Shown here piece by piece: positions 1-8,644 of a DNA stretch of 32,000 nt. The stretch spans positions 660,001-692,000 of the forward strand of contig NC_007205.1 in the NCBI RefSeq assembly GCF_000012345.1. The letters are read 5' to 3'. Source of the DNA: Candidatus Pelagibacter ubique HTCC1062. Lineage in GTDB: Bacteria; Pseudomonadota; Alphaproteobacteria; Pelagibacterales; Pelagibacteraceae. A program made the translations under genes and the position numbers. Below the pieces are notes generated by a model. That model saw only the letters and a program-made list of their open reading frames with translations. It had not been told where the DNA came from and did no database searches. Each line of letters opens with the position of its first letter. Position 1 is the stretch's first letter.

Positions 1-1
1 A

Positions 2-412
2 ACGGGTGTTTACTGGAGACCTGAGGGTGGAGAGTATTTAGCAGGTTCACCTAATTCAGTATTTGATGCTACTGATCTAGAACCAGCTTGGAATGATTTT
101 GAAGAATTAGTATGGCCTGCATTAGCACAAAGAATTCCTGCTTTTGAAGAATTAAAATTAACTGGTGGATGGGCTGGTTATTATGATTGCAATAAATTAG
201 ACAACAATGCCGTAGTTGGTAAACACCCTAAATATGAAAATGTATATATGGCTTCAGGTTTTACCGGTAGAGGATTAATGCAAGCACCTGGAATAGGAAG
301 AGCATTAACTGAATTAATCTCTACAGGATCTTATCAAACGATTGATATTAGTGATTTTTCTGTTGAAAGAGTTCTTGATAATAATGCTAGACCAGAACCC
401 TATGTATTATAA
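2..412 (+). CDS. FAD-dependent oxidoreductase (DAO / sarcosine-oxidase-beta-like family), C-terminal fragment; 5' end lies outside the window
   Basis: My own translation of the frame starting at nt 2 is open to TAA at 410-412: TGVYWRPEGGEYLAGSP...GWAGYYDCNKLDNNAVVGKHPKYENVYMASGFTGRGLMQAPGIGRALTELISTG...ERVL. The G-F-x-G-x-G-(L/I)-x-x-A-P-x-x-G-x-x-L-x-E-L-I block is the typical C-terminal FAD/substrate-domain signature of DAO-family flavoenzymes. This ORF is not in the supplied track because it has no start in the window. Confidence 0.6.
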   Translation, partial: TGVYWRPEGGEYLAGSPNSVFDATDLEPAWNDFEELVWPALAQRIPAFEELKLTGGWAGYYDCNKLDNNAVVGKHPKYENVYMASGFTGRGLMQAPGIGRALTELISTGSYQTIDISDFSVERVLDNNARPEPYVL

Positions 413-440
413 ATTTTTATAAAAAATGGTATAGTTTTTT

Positions 441-977
441 ATGAAACTTCATATAGGTGGTAAAATTCAAAAAAGTGGGTGGAAAATATTAAACATTCAA
501 AATAAAGATGGTGTAGATTTTATTGGTGATATTTCTGATTTAAGTCAATTTGAAGATGAATCTATTAATGAAATTTACGCTAGCCATGTTTTTGAGCATG
601 TGCCACAAAAAAAAATTATAAGTACTTTAAGTGGAATCAATAGGGTTTTAAAAACTGGTGGAAAGTTTTATGTATCTGTTCCAGACATAGATATTTTATT
701 TAAATTTTTTTTAATGCCACTAAAAGATTATGCAACTAAAATTGATAAAACTGAAGGTGAAATAAAAATGCATGTATTAAGAATGATCTTTGGAGGTCAA
801 ACCGATGATTATGATTTTCATTATTTTGGTTGGAATTTTGGTTTTTTAAAGTCTGCTCTTGAAAAAACTAAATTTACAAAAATTGAAAAAGTAATAAATT
901 TCGATATATTTGAAGATACAAGTTCTTATAAACCTTATGGTTTCCCAATAAGTTTAAATGTTGTAGCTTTTAAATAG
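441..977 (+). CDS. small class I SAM-dependent methyltransferase-like protein (Methyltransf_11/23-like)
   Basis: ATG at 441, 178 aa. It has an N-terminal LHIGGK...GW.ILN motif, then D.xGD (acidic loop), INEIYASHVFEHV (motif II/III-like) and LKTGGKFYVSVP (post-III). This layout is typical of short methyltransferases. The assignment rests on motifs only. Confidence 0.55.
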   Translation: MKLHIGGKIQKSGWKILNIQNKDGVDFIGDISDLSQFEDESINEIYASHVFEHVPQKKIISTLSGINRVLKTGGKFYVSVPDIDILFKFFLMPLKDYATKIDKTEGEIKMHVLRMIFGGQTDDYDFHYFGWNFGFLKSALEKTKFTKIEKVINFDIFEDTSSYKPYGFPISLNVVAFK

Positions 978-986
978 ATCTAAAGA

Positions 987-2438
987 TTAGGTCCCACAAA
1001 AAGTTTGGTATTTTTCATCACTATGTGGAGCAGGTGACATAAGCTCTAAATCTCCGTTATTAACTAGGTAAGGATTTTTTAATATTTTTATTAATTTATT
1101 AAACAAGGTTAAATCACCATTATTAGCTAACATTAAAGCCTCTTCAATTTTGTGATTACGAGGTATTACCATCGGGTTACAAGAACTCATTAAGTCCACA
1201 GATTTATCATGAGTGTTACCAAACATTACTAATCTTTTCATCCATTTAGTTTTCCACAAATCAAAGTCCGCATTATCATAAACTTCAGAATTTTTAATTG
1301 TCTTATTCATCAAAAAAATAAAAGTATTTGTATAATCTGCTTTTTTTTCTTTCATCCAATTTAATAATTCCATAATTAAATTTTTATCTTCTTTATCTTC
1401 ACCATATAACCCAAGCTTATCTCTCATCATATTTAACCATTTTGTTTCATAATTTTGTTCAAATTTATCTAAAGCCTCTGTAGCTAATTTAATCGCTTCA
1501 TCTTCATTGGTACTAATAAGAGGAATTAGACATTCAGCAAACCTTGTTAAATTCCATTTGGTAATTTTTGGTTGATTTTCATAGGCATACCTTCCTAGTT
1601 GATCTATTGAACTAAAAACTGTTTTAGGATCATAAACATCCATAAAGGCGCAAGGACCATAATCTATTGTTTCACCAGAGATAGACATATTGTCAGTATT
1701 CATAACCCCATGAATAAAACCAACACGCATCCAATCAATTACAAGTTGGGTTTGTTTTTCGATTAAAACATTTAGTAAGTCTAATGCTTTATTCTTTGAT
1801 GATTTTATATTGGGGTAGTACTTTTCAATTGTGTAATTAATTAAGATTTCTAAATCACTAATATTTTGTTTTGCAGCAATGTATTGAAATGTTCCAACTC
1901 TTAGATGGCCTAAGGCCACCCTTGTAAGAATTGCACCTTGTGAAATTTGTTCCCTAACCACATCTTCACCAGTTTTAACTACCGCTAAACTTCTAGTAGT
2001 AGGTATTTTTAAAAAATGCATTGCTTCACTTATTATATATTCTCTCAACATTGGGCCTAAAACAGCCCTACCGTCACCACTTCGTGAGAATGGAGTTCTA
2101 CCAGAACCTTTGAATTGTATATCAAATCGTTCATTATTTTTGGTCAGGTGTTCGCCGATTAAAACAGCTCTTCCATCACCAAGCATTGTAAAATGACCAA
2201 ATTGGTGACCAGCATAAGCTTGTGCTATAGAGTTAGATCCTTCAGGCAATAGATTTCCTGAAAAAATTTTTGATAAATCATCATCATTAATATTTGAAAA
2301 ATCTAGATCTAATTTATTTGCCAGATCTTTATTTAATATTAATATTTCTGGTGCATTTACTGCAACAGGGTTGATATTTTCTTTGAATGTTTTTGGTAAT
2401 CTTGAATAACTATTGTCGAAATGCCAACCAATTGTCAT
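987..2438 (-). CDS. selO: protein adenylyltransferase SelO (YdiU/UPF0061 pseudokinase-fold AMPylase)
   Basis: 483 aa with an ATG start. It carries the hallmark N-terminal motifs AQAYAGHQFGHF..LGDGRA and FKGSGRTPFSRSGDGRAVLGPMLREY. It also has HGVMNTDNMSI (catalytic loop) and a Cys three residues from the C-terminus (..TFCGT), the position equivalent to Sec/Cys in SelO proteins. The gene starts 8 nt downstream of fdsA on the same strand. Confidence 0.9.
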   Translation of the reverse strand: MTIGWHFDNSYSRLPKTFKENINPVAVNAPEILILNKDLANKLDLDFSNINDDDLSKIFSGNLLPEGSNSIAQAYAGHQFGHFTMLGDGRAVLIGEHLTKNNERFDIQFKGSGRTPFSRSGDGRAVLGPMLREYIISEAMHFLKIPTTRSLAVVKTGEDVVREQISQGAILTRVALGHLRVGTFQYIAAKQNISDLEILINYTIEKYYPNIKSSKNKALDLLNVLIEKQTQLVIDWMRVGFIHGVMNTDNMSISGETIDYGPCAFMDVYDPKTVFSSIDQLGRYAYENQPKITKWNLTRFAECLIPLISTNEDEAIKLATEALDKFEQNYETKWLNMMRDKLGLYGEDKEDKNLIMELLNWMKEKKADYTNTFIFLMNKTIKNSEVYDNADFDLWKTKWMKRLVMFGNTHDKSVDLMSSCNPMVIPRNHKIEEALMLANNGDLTLFNKLIKILKNPYLVNNGDLELMSPAPHSDEKYQTFCGT

Positions 2439-2446
2439 TTTATCGA

Positions 2447-5215
2447 TTAGTTAACTTCTGCTTGATTTTCTTTTGGTTTGATTTCAGTTTTAAATTGGTT
2501 TGAGATTTTTTGAACTTCAACTGCTGAAACTTTGTATTCTGCACACATTGTTTCTTCATCTTTACCATGACCCGTTACCATATTAACCATGTGTTCTGGA
2601 AAATGGAATGTTGTAAATACTATGCCTTCTTTAACTTTATCTGTAACTTCTACTTTTAGAGCAACTTCTCCTCGTCCAGAATAAAGTCTTCCTATGTCAC
2701 CTGTATTTAACTCTCTTTTGTTGGCATCATTTGGATGAACTAATAATAAGTCTTCAGAAACTATATTGATGTTACTTGTACGTCTTGTCATCGTAGCAGC
2801 ATTGTAATGTTGTAGAACTCTACTAGTTGTTAAAATTAATGGGTATTCTTTTTTATTTGTTTCAATTTCTGTAGACTCTTTCCAATCAAAATTTTTAAGA
2901 CGTCCTTTTCCAAGCTTAAAAGTTTCTTTATGTAAAATTTGTGTATCTGTTCCATCCTCTTGAACTGGCCATTGTAATCCCATTTTACCAAGTCTTTCTC
3001 TTGTTACCCCTTTAAAGAAAGGAACAATATCAGCTATCTCTGCTAGAACTTGATCAGCGTCATATTCAGGTTGGTCAAAGCCTAATTTTTGCATCATGTC
3101 TGTTACAATTGTTCCATCAGTTTTAGTACCAGGTAATGGAGGAACAGCTCGATTAACTCTTTGAATTCTTCTTTCGGTATTAGTAAAGGTTCCATTTTTT
3201 TCTAAGAAAGTTGTTCCAGGTAATACTACTGTTGCAAGTTTTGCTGTTTCACTCATAAAAATTTCTTGAACAACTAATAATTCTAACGAGTTCATTGCCT
3301 GAACCACATGTGCACTATTTGGATCTGTTTGAACAATATCTTCTCCAATAATCCAGACTGCTTTAACTTCTTTATTAATAGCACCATCAAACATTTCTGG
3401 AATTTTTAATCCTGCTTTGGTTGGGTGTACTACTCCATATTTTTCAGTGTAGAAATTTTGAACTTTTTCATCAGCTACTTCAAAATAACCTGCACCTTGA
3501 TGAGGTTGACAACCCATATCAGCTGCACCTTGGACATTATTTTGTCCTCTTAATGGGTTAACTCCAACACCTTTTCTACCAATATTTCCAGTAATCATTG
3601 CAAGATCAGCAATTAACATCACCGTCTTAGATCCTTGTTCTTGTTCAGTAACTCCTAAACCGTGGAATTCCATAGAGTTTTTAGCTGTCGCATAAGCAAT
3701 TGCTGCTTCTTTAACTAACTGTTTATCAACACCAGCGACTTTCGCTAGATGATCCATATCTTGTCTCTCAATTTCTTTAATGAAATTCGCAAAACCTTCA
3801 GTTCTATCTCTAACAAAATCTTTATCATAAAGGTTTGCTTTTAATATAAAATGTAACATCATATTTAAAACAGCCACATTTGTTCCTGGTCTAAGTTTAA
3901 TATGATAATCAGCAAGTTTAGCAAGCTCAGTAGTAATTGGATCTAAAACTATTAGTTTTTTTCCTTTCATTACTTGTTGTTTAATTTTTGCTCCGGTAAC
4001 TGGGTGAGCATTTGTAGGATTTGCTCCTATAACCATAAATAAATCTGCGTGATAAATATCTTCTGTAGAATTAGTTGCAGCACCAGTTCCAAAAGTTTGT
4101 TGCATTCCCCAAGCTGTTGGTGAGTGACAAATTCTTGCACAACAATCAATATTATTAGTTCCAATTGCAGCTCTAATCATTTTTTGAAATACATAATTTT
4201 CTTCATTAGTACATCTTGCAGAAGAAATACCAGCAACTGCATCAGGACCACTTTCTTTTGTAATTCTATTTAATTCTTTTTTAATAAAGTCATATGCTTC
4301 ATCCCATGAAGCTTCTTCAAATTTTCCATTTTTTTTAATTAGAGGAGTTTTTAACCTATCTGGATGATCGTAAAATCCAAATGCATATCTTCCTTTAATA
4401 CAAGTGTGACCTGCATTAACTTCAGATTCTTTAGGCGTAGATATTGCAACAACTTTATTATCTTTAATTGATGCTTCTAAATTACATCCAACACCACAGT
4501 AAGAGCAAGTTGTTCTAACTTTTTTATCTACTGCAACAGATTTTGATTGGTAAACATCAGAGATAGCATCTGTTGGACATGTGTGTGCACAAGCACCACA
4601 AGATACACAAGACGAATCTCCAAACAATGCATCGTTGTCAGTTGTGATTTTAGATTCAAATCCTCTACCACTCATTGTTAAAACAAAAGATCCTTGAATT
4701 TCGTCACAAGCACGAACACATCTTCCACAGTTAATACAGTTATCTAAATTCATTCTCATATAATCATGAGAGGTGTCTCTTGGAATACCTTTATGTTGTT
4801 TTGGTGTGTTATATCTATGATCTGAAATGCCTAAATCATTTGCAACATCTTGTAGTTCACAATTATTATTTACTTCACAAGTTCCACATTCCATTGGGTG
4901 GTCAGTTAAAACTAGTTCGACAATATTTTTTCTTAAAGCCGTTAAATTTTCATTATTTGTAAAGATGTATTGGTTTTCACCAACTGGTGTATGGCATGAT
5001 GCTACAACTTTAGTTGGACCATCTTTTACAAGAGCCACCTCTACAGAACAAACTCTACAAGCACCATAAGGGGCTAAATTTGGATCATCACAAAGAGTTG
5101 GAACTTTTTTTTCACCCAAATAACTTTTTACAAAATTTAAAACAGACGTATGGTTTGGACCAATTTCATATGGTTTTCCATCTATGTAGGCGATTTTTCT
5201 TTTTTCTGAGCTCAT
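2447..5215 (-). CDS. fdsA: NAD-dependent formate dehydrogenase alpha subunit (molybdopterin bis-MGD enzyme with an N-terminal NuoG-like 2Fe-2S/4Fe-4S module)
   Basis: 922 aa. The N-terminus has a plant-type 2Fe-2S motif (CRVCSVE) and two ferredoxin-like CxxCxxCxxxCP clusters (CINCGRCVRAC, CVSCGACAHTCP). It also has the MopB 4Fe-4S motif CSYCGVGC and the active-site segment CARICHSPT, with Cys rather than Sec as the Mo ligand. The reading frame is continuous with no in-frame TGA. Confidence 0.9.
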   Translation of the reverse strand: MSSEKRKIAYIDGKPYEIGPNHTSVLNFVKSYLGEKKVPTLCDDPNLAPYGACRVCSVEVALVKDGPTKVVASCHTPVGENQYIFTNNENLTALRKNIVELVLTDHPMECGTCEVNNNCELQDVANDLGISDHRYNTPKQHKGIPRDTSHDYMRMNLDNCINCGRCVRACDEIQGSFVLTMSGRGFESKITTDNDALFGDSSCVSCGACAHTCPTDAISDVYQSKSVAVDKKVRTTCSYCGVGCNLEASIKDNKVVAISTPKESEVNAGHTCIKGRYAFGFYDHPDRLKTPLIKKNGKFEEASWDEAYDFIKKELNRITKESGPDAVAGISSARCTNEENYVFQKMIRAAIGTNNIDCCARICHSPTAWGMQQTFGTGAATNSTEDIYHADLFMVIGANPTNAHPVTGAKIKQQVMKGKKLIVLDPITTELAKLADYHIKLRPGTNVAVLNMMLHFILKANLYDKDFVRDRTEGFANFIKEIERQDMDHLAKVAGVDKQLVKEAAIAYATAKNSMEFHGLGVTEQEQGSKTVMLIADLAMITGNIGRKGVGVNPLRGQNNVQGAADMGCQPHQGAGYFEVADEKVQNFYTEKYGVVHPTKAGLKIPEMFDGAINKEVKAVWIIGEDIVQTDPNSAHVVQAMNSLELLVVQEIFMSETAKLATVVLPGTTFLEKNGTFTNTERRIQRVNRAVPPLPGTKTDGTIVTDMMQKLGFDQPEYDADQVLAEIADIVPFFKGVTRERLGKMGLQWPVQEDGTDTQILHKETFKLGKGRLKNFDWKESTEIETNKKEYPLILTTSRVLQHYNAATMTRRTSNINIVSEDLLLVHPNDANKRELNTGDIGRLYSGRGEVALKVEVTDKVKEGIVFTTFHFPEHMVNMVTGHGKDEETMCAEYKVSAVEVQKISNQFKTEIKPKENQAEVN

Positions 5216-6873
5216 TAATTATCTTTCACCATATCATCCTTCATTTCATCACCAAAATATTTTAATATATTCATGATGGGAGTAGGAATTGCTCCACACA
5301 AAGCGCATAAACAGCCTTTTTGCATAGTTACAAGCAGCTCATTTAGTAATTTTAATGGAATTTTAGCAGTTTTATTCTTTGCTTGATCAAACATTTCTTT
5401 ACCCCTGTAAGAACCAAGTCTACCAGGAAAGCATTTTCCACATGACTCTTCGGCAGAAAACTCAAATAAATGATGAATATATTCAACCATAGGAAAGTCT
5501 TTTGGAATACTTACTATGCTCGCGTGTCCTAACATAAAACCTGCAGCAGTAAATTCTTGAAAATCTAAATTTAATTTTTCAATCTCGGTAATAGGAATTA
5601 CACCTCCTAATGGACCTCCAATTTGTAATGCTTTAATGGGTTCTTTAAAACCACCACCAATATCATTTAAAACTTTTTTCATTGGTGTTCCCATTTCAAC
5701 TTCATAAACACCTGGATTATTGAAAAAACTATCAAAGCAAACTAATTTGGTTCCAGCAGATTTTTTATTTCCAATTGCAGAAAACTTATCAGCTCCATTA
5801 ATAAGTATACCCGTAGCTGCAGCTAATGTTTCAACATTATTTACAACTGTTGGTTTCTTGTAAAGACCTTCAGTGACAGGGAAGGGAGGTCTTACATCTA
5901 CTTCAGCTCTTCTTCCTTCAATTGATGCAATCAATGCTGTTTCTTCTCCACAAATATAAGCACCTTGACCAATACAAATATTTAAATCAAAAGAAAATTT
6001 AGTTCCTAAAATATTTTCTCCAAGCAAGCCTGCTTTTTTTAAAGAATTAATTGCTCCATTTATTGCTTCTATAGATTTTGGGTACTCTCCTCTTATATAT
6101 AAAACACCTTCATCACTACCAATAACATAACCACAAATAACCATTCCAAATAAAACTTTTAATGGTTGATCTTCTAATAAATATCTATCAGAGAAAGCAC
6201 CTGAGTCACCTTCATCGGCATTACATATAACATATTTTTTTTCAGAAGGAGCTTTTCTACAAAAATCCCATTTCATACCAGTAGGAAAACCAGCACCACC
6301 TCTGCCAGTTAAATTAGAGTCTAGAAGGGATTTAGTTATTTCTTGTTTGTCAGTAGCAATAAATTTTTTTAATTGTTCATTAAATTGATCTAAATTAGAA
6401 AGTTTGTCATCCATTAAAAAACTAGTTGAGGCATAACTTTTAGAAAAGAATTTTTCTTGAACTATGTCTTCACCTTTAATTATTTGATCAATCTTATTAA
6501 TATCGTTTCCGGCATAATTCTCACCATCATAATGAAAAGCATTATTTTCATAGCAGTGACCAAGGCAAAACATTTCACCAACTTTATCGTCACCTAATTT
6601 TTCTTGTAATTTTTTTTTAAGCGGCTCTTGAGTACCAGCACACATGCAAGCACTTCCATTGCAAACAAAAGCTTTTTTTTCTCTATGAGAGGGTCTTAAA
6701 AATTCATAAAAACTTTCTGCACCATGAATAGTTGAGACACCCATGTTATATTCTTTTGCAATTTCCTTAATACCATCAGCATTATTTGATTTTAATGATC
6801 GTTCAGATATTTTTTCGAACAGATTATTCTTTAAACCTATTCTGCCGGATAAATTACTTATATTTTTTGACAC
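5215..6873 (-). CDS. fdsB: formate dehydrogenase beta (diaphorase) subunit: NuoF-like FMN/NAD/4Fe-4S module with a fused N-terminal NuoE/FdsG-like thioredoxin-fold 2Fe-2S domain
   Basis: 552 aa. The N-terminal part has a CNGSACMCAG...CLGHC pattern (NuoE-like 2Fe-2S). The central part has GRGGAGFPTGMKW (NuoF FMN/NADH site) and the C-terminal part has ESCGKCFPGR...C (4Fe-4S). The stop and the fdsA start share one base (TAATG at 5213-5217), which suggests translational coupling. Confidence 0.85.
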   Translation of the reverse strand: MSKNISNLSGRIGLKNNLFEKISERSLKSNNADGIKEIAKEYNMGVSTIHGAESFYEFLRPSHREKKAFVCNGSACMCAGTQEPLKKKLQEKLGDDKVGEMFCLGHCYENNAFHYDGENYAGNDINKIDQIIKGEDIVQEKFFSKSYASTSFLMDDKLSNLDQFNEQLKKFIATDKQEITKSLLDSNLTGRGGAGFPTGMKWDFCRKAPSEKKYVICNADEGDSGAFSDRYLLEDQPLKVLFGMVICGYVIGSDEGVLYIRGEYPKSIEAINGAINSLKKAGLLGENILGTKFSFDLNICIGQGAYICGEETALIASIEGRRAEVDVRPPFPVTEGLYKKPTVVNNVETLAAATGILINGADKFSAIGNKKSAGTKLVCFDSFFNNPGVYEVEMGTPMKKVLNDIGGGFKEPIKALQIGGPLGGVIPITEIEKLNLDFQEFTAAGFMLGHASIVSIPKDFPMVEYIHHLFEFSAEESCGKCFPGRLGSYRGKEMFDQAKNKTAKIPLKLLNELLVTMQKGCLCALCGAIPTPIMNILKYFGDEMKDDMVKDN

Positions 6874-6876
6874 TTA

Positions 6877-7719
6877 TTAACCTTTAATTATCACTCTGTC
6901 TTTGTTACTATAAATATTAAAACTATCTTCTTTTACAAAACCTATCAATGTAATGTCAAACTTATTAGCTAAATCGATCGCTAGACTTGTTGGCGCACCA
7001 ACTCCAATTAGAATACCAATATTGGTCATTAAAACCTTTTGAACTAGCTCAAAATTTAGTCTTCCAGAGCACGTTATAAATTGTGAAGAGGGGGTTAATA
7101 ATCCCTTATTTAATGAATAGCCAATTAATTTATCAAGAGCATTATGTCGACCAACATCCTCTTTTACACAAACTATTCCACCATCGCTTGTAAATAGACC
7201 GCTAGCATGAATGCCACCTGTCTTAGAAAACTCTGATTGATTATCCCTTAGCACAGAAGGAGATTTGATAATTATTTCTTTAGAGATTTTAGGTAAAGAT
7301 TTTAAGACCTTATCTTTTTTGATAATCTCTAATGAATCTAAAGAGGTTTTACCACAAACACCACAAGATGAATTTGTTAAAAAATTTCTTTTAATCTTAT
7401 CAATATCTATGTTTTCAGAATTGTTTAATGTGACAACAATTTTATTTTGAAGTTTATATTCACCTACATAATCTCCAACACTCTCAATTTTCTCAATATA
7501 TTCATTTTTTTCAATAATTTTTTCGTTGAAAAGAAAACCTCTAACTAGGTCTTCATCATTACCTGGCGTTCTCATTGTTATAGAGATTATATTTTGTATC
7601 CAAGTTTCTTTAGTTTTAAATTTGATTGAAATTTCTAAAGGTTCTTCAATAGAGATTAAGTCTTCTACATTATTTAAATTATTAGACTTATATTTTTGTA
7701 TTTTATATTTTGAGTTCAT
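6877..7719 (-). CDS. fdhD: formate dehydrogenase accessory sulfurtransferase FdhD
   Basis: 280 aa. It carries the conserved SSCGVCGK cysteine pair and the C-terminal GGIHA...DVGRHNALDKLIG motif typical of FdhD/FdsC. The gene lies 3 nt upstream of fdsB. Confidence 0.9.
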   Translation of the reverse strand: MNSKYKIQKYKSNNLNNVEDLISIEEPLEISIKFKTKETWIQNIISITMRTPGNDEDLVRGFLFNEKIIEKNEYIEKIESVGDYVGEYKLQNKIVVTLNNSENIDIDKIKRNFLTNSSCGVCGKTSLDSLEIIKKDKVLKSLPKISKEIIIKSPSVLRDNQSEFSKTGGIHASGLFTSDGGIVCVKEDVGRHNALDKLIGYSLNKGLLTPSSQFITCSGRLNFELVQKVLMTNIGILIGVGAPTSLAIDLANKFDITLIGFVKEDSFNIYSNKDRVIIKG

Positions 7720-7723
7720 TGGA

Positions 7724-8200
7724 TTAACTTAAGGGGTAGTTCTTTTTTAAAATAAATTTATTTAAGATTATTCCAAAAATTAAAATTATTAGACAACCAA
7801 AAATTATAGGATTTATTAAATATTCAAACGAAACACCTCCAATGATGACCATAATAGGGTTTCCACCTGCTGGTGGATGAACAACATCTAACACAATCAT
7901 AAAAAAAATACCGAACCCAACTGCCAAGGCAATATTTATAAATATTGGCAGATCAACATAGTTTATAAACAAAATTCCTATTAGTGCAGTTAAGAAATGA
8001 CCAAAGAATATATTTTTAGGTTGAGCGAATGGGCTTTCAGGAAATCCGTATAGTAATACCATTGAAGAACCAAAAGAGGCCGCTAAAAATAACCCCATTG
8101 TAGTTTTATATGTGAGCAGCGTAAGAAACCCAATAGTAATAGTTGATAAAACTCCTGCGATAGATGCTTTTAAAAGTTTTTCTTTAGTAATGTGAATCAT
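7724..8200 (-). CDS. HPP-family integral membrane protein
   Basis: 158 aa with about 4-5 hydrophobic segments. The family-defining HPPAGG motif is present (..DVVHPPAGGNP..). The gene is 2 nt downstream of the SufU-like gene and 4 nt upstream of fdhD. Confidence 0.8.
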   Translation of the reverse strand: MIHITKEKLLKASIAGVLSTITIGFLTLLTYKTTMGLFLAASFGSSMVLLYGFPESPFAQPKNIFFGHFLTALIGILFINYVDLPIFINIALAVGFGIFFMIVLDVVHPPAGGNPIMVIIGGVSFEYLINPIIFGCLIILIFGIILNKFILKKNYPLS

Positions 8201-8202
8201 GA

Positions 8203-8601
8203 TTAAAACTTCAATGCCTTCGATATTGTTTTAAACGGTAATAAAAGACATTCTTTTCTTGAGATATTATCTTTATTCATAATTTCTTTGAAATCATTCC
8301 ATTTTTTTTCAATTTTAATATCTGTTTCATTAAACAAACCTTCAATTGAAATAATAAGAGACTTAATATCACTTATATTTTGATCAATAATCTTTTGAGA
8401 CAGCATACTAACTGATGCCTGACAATATACACATGAACGGCACTGGTAACCCATATCCTTAATTTTATCATTTTTCACAATTAATCTGATTTCCATTTCG
8501 TCACCACACAAGGGGTTTTTATTTTTTGAGTGATGGGTATGATTTTTAACTATTTTGTGATTTGCTGTGTTAGATGCAATTTCGAGAATTCTTAGGTCCA
8601 T
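8203..8601 (-). CDS. SufU/IscU-family (NifU N-terminal domain) sulfur acceptor / Fe-S scaffold-like protein
   Basis: 132 aa. Three conserved Cys lie in the family context: NPLCGDEM (Cys1), CRSCVYCQASVSML (Cys2 region) and RKECLLLP (Cys3). This aligns by eye with B. subtilis SufU (NPTCGDRI / GCSISMASASMM / RIKCATL). Confidence 0.7.
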   Translation of the reverse strand: MDLRILEIASNTANHKIVKNHTHHSKNKNPLCGDEMEIRLIVKNDKIKDMGYQCRSCVYCQASVSMLSQKIIDQNISDIKSLIISIEGLFNETDIKIEKKWNDFKEIMNKDNISRKECLLLPFKTISKALKF

Positions 8602-8644
8602 TATAATTCTTTAATTAAGAGATTAATGTTTTATATTTTGATTT

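Noticed and set aside
4780-5265. Three plus-strand ORFs (60, 80 and 83 aa) inside and at the start of fdsA
   Set aside because: They are antisense to the strongly supported fdsA/fdsB coding region. They have no recognisable motifs and are typical shadow ORFs.
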